This document shows positions 1 through 7,733 of a DNA stretch of 32,000 bases, piece after piece (the stretch's first letter is position 1; the number at the start of each line of letters is the position of its first letter). The stretch comes from Candidatus Kuenenia stuttgartensis (GTDB lineage Bacteria > Planctomycetota > Brocadiia > Brocadiales > Brocadiaceae), in contig NZ_LT934425.1 of assembly GCF_900232105.1 (NCBI RefSeq), forward strand, positions 690,001 through 722,000, written 5' to 3'. Below the pieces are notes generated by a model, which was given only the letters and a program-made list of their open reading frames with translations, ran no database searches and was not told the DNA's origin. The position numbers and the translations under genes were made by a program.

Positions 1-1
1 C

Positions 2-142
2 GTCAGAAGACTGCAAATGCGTATCGCAAAGGCTGTAAAGGAAGGAAGACCAGGCAAGGTGAAAGCTTTGCAATGGCTCCTTACCCACTCTTTCCACGCC
101 AAGCTCCTGGCTGTTAAAAGAGTGACCTCAAAATCGAGGTAA
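2..142 (+). pseudogene. N-terminal fragment of a group II intron-encoded reverse transcriptase/maturase
   Basis: Frame 2 reads [46 protein letters not shown], matching the conserved N-terminal region of group II intron RTs (RT_N-like). The frame stops before any RT domain. Confidence 0.8.
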
Positions 143-184
143 AACAGTCTGGTTGTCCTACAAGGGCAGCTTATTGAAATACTT

Positions 185-257
185 GAGCTGTATGGTGGGA
201 AACTATCACGTACAGTTCTTAGGAGGGTATCGGGCAGCAATGCCCGTGACCTATCCG
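185..257 (+). mobile_element. Group II intron domain V and probable domain VI (3' end of a deleted intron)
   Basis: 185-218 GAGCTGTATGGTGGGAAACTATCACGTACAGTTC is a 34-nt domain V-like hairpin with a GAAA tetraloop. It is followed by a domain VI-like hairpin (CGGGC...GCCCG, then GTGACCTATCC). Confidence 0.8.
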
Positions 258-273
258 ATTCCGTTGAAAGGAA

Positions 274-317
274 GTGAGGACGACCTCACCGCTCCAATAT
301 ACATAGGGGACGACCTC
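274..317 (+). promoter_or_regulatory. Guanidine-II (mini-ykkC) riboswitch-like element
   Basis: Two hairpins with identical ACGA loops: GTGAGG-ACGA-CCTCAC (274-289) and GGGG-ACGA-CCTC (306-317). They lie immediately upstream of the GAAGG RBS and ATG of sugE/gdx. Confidence 0.85.
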
Positions 318-338
318 AGCATTTGTGAAGGCAAATAT

Positions 339-659
339 ATGGCGTGGATCATTCTTGTTATTGCGGGACTGTTTGAGACTGGCTGGGCGATCGGGTTGAA
401 GTACACCGAGGGGTTCACCCGATTGTGGCCTACGGTCTGGACAGTCTTGGCGATGATTATCAGTCTTTGGTTACTGGGCATTGCCTTGAAGTCGCTTCCG
501 ATTGGCACCGCTTACGCCATTTTGGTAGGAGTTGGAACCGTCGGAACCGTTGCGCTAGGCATCGTACTGTTTGGAGAATCTACGAATACTGCCCGGCTCA
601 TCAGCATTGCTCTGATTATTGCCGGTATCGTCGGGCTTAAGCTTGCGACACCGGCCTAA
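339..659 (+). CDS. sugE: SMR-family guanidinium exporter (SugE/Gdx)
   Basis: [37 protein letters not shown]...[24 protein letters not shown] is a typical SugE/Gdx sequence. The start is set to ATG 339 because the listed ORF start at 153 reads through the intron remnant and riboswitch. Confidence 0.93.
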   Translation: MAWIILVIAGLFETGWAIGLKYTEGFTRLWPTVWTVLAMIISLWLLGIALKSLPIGTAYAILVGVGTVGTVALGIVLFGESTNTARLISIALIIAGIVGLKLATPA

Positions 660-733
660 CAACGTGTTCAACCCTGACGAGCAAAAACATCGCTTCTCTC
701 TGCTTTTGCTAGTCGGTTAATATGAACATTACC
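654..733 (+). other. Degenerate attC-like recombination site (candidate)
   Basis: GCCTAAC (654-660, RYYYAAC) overlaps the sugE stop. Nested stems follow: TGTTC/GAACA (665-669/724-728), AACC/GGTT, GAC/GTC and AGCAAAA/TTTTGCT (680-686/704-710). The right core (ATTACC) is degenerate. Confidence 0.45.
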
Positions 734-813
734 CCAAAAAACAATACTTCTATTATTCATGTGACGTGCTATACTAATAAAAACAATAACCTTGAATTTG
801 AGGGAAGAACAGT

Positions 814-1014
814 ATGTCAACTGTAAGCAAAATCAAAGAAGCGATAGAAACCCTTCCAGAAAATGAGTATGTCCAATTGAGGCAGTGGTTTTTGGAAAAA
901 GACTGGGAAAAATGGGATAATCAGATTTTAGCGGATTCAGAAGCAGGAACGCTGGATCCCCTGATCAAGGAAGCCTTTGAAGAAAAATCGAAGGGAAAGC
1001 TTAAAGAACTATAA
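814..1014 (+). CDS. Small antitoxin-like protein of a candidate toxin-antitoxin pair
   Basis: 66-aa ORF MSTVSKIKEAIETLPENEYVQLRQWFLEKDWEKWDNQI..., directly upstream of a RelE/ParE-like coding frame. Confidence 0.6.
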   Translation: MSTVSKIKEAIETLPENEYVQLRQWFLEKDWEKWDNQILADSEAGTLDPLIKEAFEEKSKGKLKEL

Positions 1015-1275
1015 ATGCATCGGACAACAAATCGATCCTGAAAATATTTTGAGAATCTTCCACCACTTGTTCAAAAGAGAGCTAAGAAGAATTTTGAGCT
1101 TCTCAAAAAGAACCATTCGCATCCATCTCTTCATTTTAAAAAAGTTGGAGAGCTTTGGTCAGCCAGAGTCGGAATGAATCATAGGACACTTTCTGTTGAA
1201 AATGGTAAAGATTATATTTGGGTTTGGATAGGTACTCACGATGAGTACGAGTGTATGATTAATAAAAAGGTCTAA
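1015..1275 (+). pseudogene. RelE/ParE-like toxin frame interrupted by an in-frame TGA
   Basis: MHRTTNRS*KYFENLPPLVQKRAKKNFELLKKNHSHPSLHFKKVGELWSARVGMNHRTLSVENGKDYIWVWIGTHDEYECMINKKV* has typical RelE/ParE-like toxin character. The TGA is at 1039-1041, and the ATG follows the antitoxin stop directly. Confidence 0.7.
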
Positions 1276-1388
1276 CAAGCGCATTAAGCTAACCACCAAT
1301 ACTATATGCGATTTAATATTTATTGAGGCTGCCGCTTCAAGCCTTTCTTGCAAGCATTACGTACAGGCGGTGGTTGCTTATACGAGAC
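1270..1388 (+). other. Degenerate attC-like recombination site (candidate)
   Basis: GTCTAAC (1270-1276) overlaps the toxin-frame stop. Stem TAAGC-t-AACCACC (1285-1297) pairs with GGTGGTT-GCTTA (1369-1380), 12 bp with one extrahelical base. The right outer core is degenerate (GAGAC). Confidence 0.45.
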
Positions 1389-1436
1389 ATCAGCAGCAAG
1401 TATTGGCAATAAATCAATCTGTACATCGGGGTTAAT

Positions 1437-1913
1437 ATGAGTGGAATAAAAGATATATCCGACCGAATGGGGCGAGTTGTTTATGGCCTAATTAGTTTAA
1501 GCCTAGGGCTTATAAGTTTCGCAATGATGGTGGTTGCCTTATGGGGCATTTGGGTCTCAGTACACGAAAAAACCCTTCTTGAGAAAGCTCTTCTTGATGC
1601 AATTGGTTTGATTGTGATTGGAATGGCAGTCTTTGATGTTTCCAAGTTTTTGGCGGAGGAAGAGGTCTTTAACAGTGGTGGCGCGAAATCGCCCACAAAA
1701 CAGAGAGAGAGCTTATTAAAGTTTCTCGCCATCATTGCCATCGCTGTAAGTCTGGAAGCCCTGGTGTTCATTTTTGATGCCGGGAAAAAAGAAATTAGTA
1801 GTTTGATTTATCCAACATTTTTGTTAATCGCTGCGGTTTCGGTGGTGGTCGGTCTTGGTGTGTATCAAAAACTGACTCGGAATGATGGGGATTCATCGCA
1901 AAACAACCTATAG
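1437..1913 (+). CDS. Small integral membrane protein, unknown function
   Basis: 158-aa ORF with about four hydrophobic segments. Confidence 0.7.
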   Translation: MSGIKDISDRMGRVVYGLISLSLGLISFAMMVVALWGIWVSVHEKTLLEKALLDAIGLIVIGMAVFDVSKFLAEEEVFNSGGAKSPTKQRESLLKFLAIIAIAVSLEALVFIFDAGKKEISSLIYPTFLLIAAVSVVVGLGVYQKLTRNDGDSSQNNL

Positions 1914-1993
1914 TCGCGATGACAGTTCGAATGTAACGGTAGCGTATTTTTGTAGATGGTATATGTTCGATGTTTAAGAGCAAATGCATGGCT

Positions 1994-2051
1994 ACTAACA
2001 ACTGGGGCAAGTTGACGCCAAAAGACGGCACAACTTACCCAAAACGTTAGT
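1994..2051 (+). other. attC-like recombination site
   Basis: ACTAAC (1994-1999) pairs with GTTAGT (2046-2051). GGG-c-AAGTTG (2005-2014) pairs with CAACTT-a-CCC (2031-2040). GCC/GGC pair internally. The layout is R''-L''-variable-L'-R'. Confidence 0.6.
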
Positions 2052-2191
2052 CATATATACTCTAAACGGTTGAGATTTTAACTTTTTACAAAAGACTTAA
2101 ATTTCACATCCACAAAGCTTTACAGCCGGAATTATGCCAAAAATAAAAGTTAATTTTTAACCCGTTTGGGGTATAGAGAAGGAGAATTGAC

Positions 2192-3814
2192 ATGAAAGAT
2201 ATGGCGTTCACCCCAGTGCTTCGCGCGGATCACGCTCTGCCGGAGCAGTATCGCATTTCAAAACCAATGGATCAGCGAGAATACCTCTGCAATGGTACAA
2301 TCAAGAACTGGACAGGACCACGGCAAGATGTGCTGTCCCCGATCTGCGATATGCACAACGGTACCATTCAGCAGAGACGTATCGGCAGCTATCCTTTGCT
2401 CACGGAGCAACAAGCAATCGAGACCCTTGAGGCCGCCTGCCAGGCGTATGATCACGGGCGGGGTACATGGCCAACCATGTCGATTGCGGAACGGATCACG
2501 CATGTGAAGGGGTTTACCGGACGGATGAAGGAGCGAAGAGCTGATGTTGTCAAACTTCTGATGTGGGAGATTGGAAAGACACTTCCTGATGCGCAGAAGG
2601 AATTCGATAGGACGGTTGACTACATAACGGACACCATTGATGCGCTGAAAGACCTGGATCGTGTTTCATCGCGGTTTGTTATTGAGCAGGGAGTGATCGG
2701 CCAGATCCGCCGTGTGCCACTTGGCGTGGTGCTTTGCATGGGGCCTTTCAACTACCCGCTCAATGAAACATTCACAACCCTGATACCTGCCCTCATCATG
2801 GGCAATGTGGTTATTTTCAAACCGCCGAAACTAGGCGTCTTACTCCATCACCCACTTCTTGAGGCATTCCGGGATTCCTTCCCCAAAGGCGTGGTTAATA
2901 CCGTCTATGGTAAAGGGCAGAGAGTTATTGGCCCCATTATGAAATCCGGCAAAGTCGATGTGCTCGCCTTCATTGGGAGCAGCCGGGTTGCCGATATTCT
3001 CAAACAGCAACATCCAAAACCGCATCGCCTGCGCTGCGTGCTCGGTCTTGAGGCCAAGAACGCCGGAATTGTCTTGAAGGACGCTGACCTGGACCTCGCT
3101 GTGAAAGAATGTGTATTGGGATCTCTCTCCTTCAATGGTCAACGTTGCACAGCCCTCAAGATGCTCTTCGTTCATAAAGAGATTGCCGATGCGTTCATAA
3201 CGAAGTTCAGCGACGCTGTTGATAGGCTCAAGAGTGGAATGCCGTGGGATGAAGGCGTTCAGATCACGCCGCTGCCTGAACCCAACAAAACGACCTACCT
3301 CACGGAACTGATAGAGGACGCTTGCAGCAAAGGAGCACGAGTAGTCAATAAGGATGGCGGCGTCGTAAGGCAGACCTTCATTGTTCCAGCCGTTGTATTC
3401 CCCGTAGGCCCTGGCATGAGATTGTTTTCCGAGGAGCAGTTCGGCCCGGTTGTACCGATTGCTACGTTCAGCAACATCGAAGAGCCAATGAACTACGTAA
3501 TTCAATCAGACTACGGTCAGCAAGTCAGCCTATTCGGGAGCAATACGAATCTTATTGGCGAAATCATAGACACTATGGTGAATCAAGTATGCCGGGTAAA
3601 CATAAACAGTCAGTGTCAGCGTGGCCCTGACACATTTCCCTTCACAGGCAGGAAGGATTCCGCAGAAGGAACGCTATCCGTTTCGGATGCGCTGAGGGTC
3701 TTTACCATTCGGACGCTTGTAGCAGCGAAAGAGACCGAAGCAAACAGGCAAATCCTAAAGACCATTGTCACGGAGCGGAAATCACGATTTCTCTCGACGG
3801 ACTTTATCCTCTGA
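2192..3814 (+). CDS. gapN: NADP-dependent aldehyde / glyceraldehyde-3-phosphate dehydrogenase, GapN-like
   Basis: 540-aa ALDH-superfamily protein (VPLGVVLCMGPFNYPLNETFTTLIPALIMGN, LGLEAKNAGIVLKDADL, SFNGQRCTALK). RBS-like GAAGGAG lies upstream. Confidence 0.85.
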   Translation: MKDMAFTPVLRADHALPEQYRISKPMDQREYLCNGTIKNWTGPRQDVLSPICDMHNGTIQQRRIGSYPLLTEQQAIETLEAACQAYDHGRGTWPTMSIAERITHVKGFTGRMKERRADVVKLLMWEIGKTLPDAQKEFDRTVDYITDTIDALKDLDRVSSRFVIEQGVIGQIRRVPLGVVLCMGPFNYPLNETFTTLIPALIMGNVVIFKPPKLGVLLHHPLLEAFRDSFPKGVVNTVYGKGQRVIGPIMKSGKVDVLAFIGSSRVADILKQQHPKPHRLRCVLGLEAKNAGIVLKDADLDLAVKECVLGSLSFNGQRCTALKMLFVHKEIADAFITKFSDAVDRLKSGMPWDEGVQITPLPEPNKTTYLTELIEDACSKGARVVNKDGGVVRQTFIVPAVVFPVGPGMRLFSEEQFGPVVPIATFSNIEEPMNYVIQSDYGQQVSLFGSNTNLIGEIIDTMVNQVCRVNINSQCQRGPDTFPFTGRKDSAEGTLSVSDALRVFTIRTLVAAKETEANRQILKTIVTERKSRFLSTDFIL

Positions 3815-3855
3815 TCAATACGGGTCGATTTTGAACAATATCATTGAGATAAATC

Positions 3856-4128
3856 ATGATAGAATATTACACTAAACGTCCTTTAAATCGCCCACCGATT
3901 CATCCCGGTGAAATTCTGTGTGAAGATGTGCTTTCAGCGCTTGGAATTTCTATAAGCGAAGCCGCACGAAAATCAGGTATTTCCAGACAACAGTTGCACC
4001 GTGTCCTATCCTGCACTCATCCCATTACAACGGAGATGACGCTTAGTATCGGAAAGTTTGCCGGCAACAGCCATGGGCTTTGGTTGCGCATGCAGCAAGC
4101 ATATGATTTGTGGTATGCGCAACAATGA
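3856..4128 (+). CDS. higA: HigA-family XRE-type antitoxin/regulator
   Basis: RPPIHPGEILCEDVLSALGISISEAARKSGISRQQLHRVLSCTHPITTEMTLSIGKFAGNSHGLWLRMQQAYDL matches the HigA layout. Confidence 0.8.
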   Translation: MIEYYTKRPLNRPPIHPGEILCEDVLSALGISISEAARKSGISRQQLHRVLSCTHPITTEMTLSIGKFAGNSHGLWLRMQQAYDLWYAQQ

Positions 4129-4412
4129 ATGAAAGACGGGCTAGCTGAAATTGGGACAGTTGTATCGGCAGATTCCGGCTCCTAACCATGCTCTTGCAGC
4201 GGATAGCAAAAAACCGCACCTGCTGAATAACAGTGTTAGATCAATACCACGTACAAAAGAATAATTCTTTTTTACAACGGAGCAGAAAGCGGACATCATG
4301 ACTTCAAATATTCCCTTTATTGAGGAGATGCTATTTACAAGGAAAATGCTCCCTACACGAAGCTTCGCTTACTTGCTAAATGGAAGCGAAAACTTCCAAT
4401 GCAATTACGTTC

Positions 4413-5190
4413 CCAAGCCGGGGGTGCATTCCCGATTTTTTGTAAATATAGTCAAAAAACAAGGTTTTCGGAAGATGAATAATAAAATTTATTGCAAGGG
4501 TGGTACGGGCATTCCTGCCTGTATTCTGCACAGGCAAAATGCCTGTGCCACCCGTATAGACAGGCAGCTTGTGTATTAAATATCACAAGCAGTCATCATG
4601 TTTCATTCGCAACACCCAGAAACGATGAAAATGGTTTTATAACCATATCGTGTGGTAGTATCTGTGCCTAAACTATTTTTTGTAGTCTTACTTCCGAGTT
4701 GGAAACATCTGGCATTTCTGTTTCTGTACCGATTCAAATGTATAATGGCCATCCAAAAGGTATCAGCTTGTAATCGCGAGGGTCTTTTTCAGCTCGTCAT
4801 TGCGAGGGTCTTTTCTGAAGCAATCAATATACTACGAGATATTTCGTGACGTAAGAAACGCCATATCGCGGGAGAAACAAATTAAGGGTGGCTCAAGGGC
4901 TAAAAAAACAGAATTAATTAATGGAATGAATGCAGGGGTCTATGACGGTTTATGAGATTGCTTCGGAAAAAGACCCTCGCAATGACAAGCTGATGCCTCG
5001 TAATGACAAAATAAGTCTCAGTCATCATGTTGTATTAGCAACACCCAGAAACGAGAAAAATGGGTTTATAGCCATATCGTGTTGTAGTATTTGTACTTAA
5101 ACTATTTTTTATAGTCTTATTTTCGAGCCAGGATGCTTGTGTTACATTGTGCAGATAATTACAAAAAATCGGGAATGCACCCCAAGCCGG
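4413..5190. repeat. Composite intergenic repeat region (inverted outer arms, internal direct repeats)
   Basis: The arm at 4413-4445 is near-complementary to 5159-5190. Direct repeats lie at 4593-4698 and 5022-5128, roughly 85-90% identical by eye. Confidence 0.7.
4797..4985. mobile_element. MITE-like element with ~29-30 bp terminal inverted repeats
   Basis: TCATTGCGAGGGTCTTTTCTGAAGCAATC (4797-4825) against GATTGCTTCGGAAAAAGACCCTCGCAATGA (4956-4985). The interior has no coding signal. Confidence 0.6.
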
Positions 5191-5237
5191 AGTTTGGAAG
5201 TAAGCATTTTTATTTTTTCAATATTTCTTTTTAAAAA

Positions 5238-6191
5238 ATGACAATAACATACATATATAAAACAATAGAAAAGGCATTGTCTTTCAGAAAAGGTTACATA
5301 GATAACGCTCATACCAATGTGTATCGTTTACTAAATTCTTATGGCGACAATCTGCCGGAGGCAACGATTGATATCTATGACAACACTGTCCTTGTGCAAT
5401 ATTTTAAAACACACGAAGACCGCACAAAAAAGGAAATTTATGAAGCGGTACAAAAACTAATATCTCCCGAATGTATAATAGAAAAGGAAAGATTAAAGGG
5501 AAGAGACGTTGTCACCCGCTTAATATCGGGGAAAGAAATCCCAGATAATTATGTTGTCATTGAAAATGGAATACAGTTTTGCACTTCTTTTAATGATGGA
5601 GGCGGAACCGGGCTATATTTAGACCAGCGGGATAACAGGAAAAAGGTGCAATCTTTTGCTCGCGGCAAAGAGATTTTGAACTGTTTTTGTTATACATCGT
5701 CATTTTCCGTTTACGCATGCGCAGGAGGTGCAGCAAAAACAACAAATATCGATCTATCCGGAAAGGCAATAGCGTGGAGCAAAAATAATTACGTATTGAA
5801 TCAAATTGATGTCAATAATCATGATTTTATTGCCGGAGACGTGTGGGAATATTTTAAAATATTCCAAAAAAGGGGGAAAGAATTTGATGTGATAATTCTG
5901 GACCCGCCCAGCTTCTCGACAAGCAAGTTGAGGACATTTACTGTGGAAAAAGATTTTCCTGAATTGGTTGGTTTGGGACTCAACATTCTTAGAGAAAACG
6001 GAATCCTTGTATTTTCAACAAATATTGCCAAAATGACTCTATCGAGGCTATTTCAGTCGTTGCCAAAAATTAAGTCCCATACTAAGAAGTTATTTAAAGT
6101 CATTAATGTTTCATCGCAAGGACTTGATTTTCCTGTTGATGGCATTTATGTAAATGAACCCTACTTGAAATTTATTATGTTCTCCTGTTAA
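5238..6191 (+). CDS. Class I SAM-dependent methyltransferase, RlmI-like (23S rRNA m5C family)
   Basis: ENGIQFCTSFNDGGGTGLYLDQRDNRK...ILNCFCYTSSFSVYACAGGA...FDVIILDPPSFSTSK. Confidence 0.82.
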   Translation: MTITYIYKTIEKALSFRKGYIDNAHTNVYRLLNSYGDNLPEATIDIYDNTVLVQYFKTHEDRTKKEIYEAVQKLISPECIIEKERLKGRDVVTRLISGKEIPDNYVVIENGIQFCTSFNDGGGTGLYLDQRDNRKKVQSFARGKEILNCFCYTSSFSVYACAGGAAKTTNIDLSGKAIAWSKNNYVLNQIDVNNHDFIAGDVWEYFKIFQKRGKEFDVIILDPPSFSTSKLRTFTVEKDFPELVGLGLNILRENGILVFSTNIAKMTLSRLFQSLPKIKSHTKKLFKVINVSSQGLDFPVDGIYVNEPYLKFIMFSC

Positions 6192-6338
6192 CCATTGACC
6201 GTAACAGGAAAACCATGGAAAAGTATGACATATTCAAGGGGTTCACAAAATGTGATTTTAGAAATGTTATAACTATTTATATCAACAAAAGTTTAAATCT
6301 AATTTAGAAATCTCTATTTATGAACCCTTACAGTATAA

Positions 6339-6653
6339 TCACTGTTTTTTGTTTTTCTTTTTAATAAGATACGTGGAATACAGAGAAACGCCCAGCAATA
6401 TGATTATACCCGATATGCCAAAGTATATCCTTTTGTCAAATCCTTTTTTCAGGTCCTGCAAAGTAAGGTCATGGCGAGGAGAATACTTTTCCATGTGAAA
6501 ATCATCCCGTTTTGTAAACCCCAATGTGCTATCAGGAATTTCTTTGGTAAAACTAGGTTTTTTCACCATCGGTGGAACGACAAAAAATATAATGCCAATC
6601 AAAAAAGTAATACCAAAAACAATATACATTAATACATTATTTTTTTGCTTCAT
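6339..6653 (-). CDS. Small membrane protein with two transmembrane segments
   Basis: 104-aa ORF MKQKNNVLMYIVFGITFLIGIIFFVVPPMV...IYFGISGIIILLGVSLYSTYLIKKKNKKQ. Confidence 0.6.
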   Translation of the reverse strand: MKQKNNVLMYIVFGITFLIGIIFFVVPPMVKKPSFTKEIPDSTLGFTKRDDFHMEKYSPRHDLTLQDLKKGFDKRIYFGISGIIILLGVSLYSTYLIKKKNKKQ

Positions 6654-7020
6654 TATATATCACTCTCCTATTTTCTCTATAAATTATACTCATTTCCCAA
6701 AATACTATTGTACCGCCGACGAAAATTAATTCTATAAATAAACCGGAGGTTGTCAATATAATAAAGGGAATGGTTCCGCCCCTTCCTCTAAACCATAACA
6801 AGAATGAGATGTAACATCCATCAACTCTTAGGAGATGCTTTAGTTGGCCGGGTTTATTGCCCGAAAATCCCGGCGGGTTTGTAACGTGATCCGGCAAATG
6901 TATCGTGACTTCCGTCCATCTAAATAGGTATTGCCGTGTTCATTGTAAACATTGTATATTTTATTATCGGCAAAAGTCCTTTTTATTTTTTAATCAAATC
7001 GATTCATATGAGGAGGTTTT

Positions 7021-7614
7021 GTGAACAAATCGACCGTAATTATTGCCTTTATCATTTGTCTTCTGTGTTTTGGCTGCAAAACAATTTCTAAAACAAATAT
7101 TATTGTCGATAGCAATGATGCTTCCCGCAGTATAAAAACCATTGCCGTTATGCATTTTAACGACCAATTACTGCCAAAAAAGGGAGTAACAGGCACATTG
7201 GTAAAAACGATCAGCACTGCAAATGCAGGTGAGATGCTTGCCTCTATAATGTCACGGGAACTTTCAGGGTTGGGCATATACGAGGTTCGCTCCCGTACAG
7301 ACATTGCCAAAATTATCAACAAATCGAAGGCCAATGAAAAAGAACTTGTAGAGCGCAGAGATTATGATCGTTTGGGAAAACTGCTGGGCGTGGACTCGGT
7401 GGTCATCGGAAAAATTTTAGAATTTAAACTATCAAGCTCCTTAATCTATGAGCGGGGTACGGTTTCTTTTGTGGCCGAGTGCATTGATACAAAGAATGGT
7501 AACATTCTTTGGACTATTGATGTAAATGAAAGCGCCGCTTACGAAGATGAGATTGAATTGGCCGGCAAAGCTATGCGAACAGCCATTGAAAAACTAAAAA
7601 AAGAGCTAAGGTAG
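7021..7614 (+). CDS. Lipoprotein with CsgG/FlgO-like domain
   Basis: Lipobox signal (MNKSTVIIAFIICLLCFGC), then SRSIKTIAVMHFND...LASIMSRELSGLGIYEVRSRTDIAKI...LGVDSVVIGKI. Confidence 0.7.
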   Translation: MNKSTVIIAFIICLLCFGCKTISKTNIIVDSNDASRSIKTIAVMHFNDQLLPKKGVTGTLVKTISTANAGEMLASIMSRELSGLGIYEVRSRTDIAKIINKSKANEKELVERRDYDRLGKLLGVDSVVIGKILEFKLSSSLIYERGTVSFVAECIDTKNGNILWTIDVNESAAYEDEIELAGKAMRTAIEKLKKELR

Positions 7615-7733
7615 AATATCATAAAAACCTCAACTTATTCAGAAGTTACATTGAAAACAACTAGAGTATTTGTTTCCTTTTTGACTTTCGTTTGTGAAGC
7701 TATATAATACTGCAAAAATTGAGGGTTTTTTAA

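Noticed and set aside
153-338. N-terminal 62 aa of the 168-aa sugE ORF
   Set aside because: This stretch overlaps intron domain V/VI and the ACGA double hairpin. SugE homology begins at MAWIILV (339).
977-1177. 66-aa plus ORF overlapping the toxin
   Set aside because: Out-of-frame product of the interrupted toxin gene; no protein character.
3815-3850. Possible HigB toxin C-terminal tail (…RVDFEQYH*) upstream of higA
   Set aside because: Only ~8 residues loosely resemble a HigB tail. Upstream sequence is gapN, so there is not enough to call a remnant.
4298-4579. 93-aa ORF
   Set aside because: Its sequence is built from the inverted-repeat arm and the ACAGGCA/TGCCTGT palindromes; likely spurious.
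4652-4849. 65-aa ORF
   Set aside because: Spans the direct repeat and MITE-like TIR; no protein-like conservation pattern.
6637-6897. 86-aa minus ORF with a hydrophobic C-terminus
   Set aside because: TTG start with an unconvincing N-terminus. It might contain a small membrane protein, but I cannot support it.
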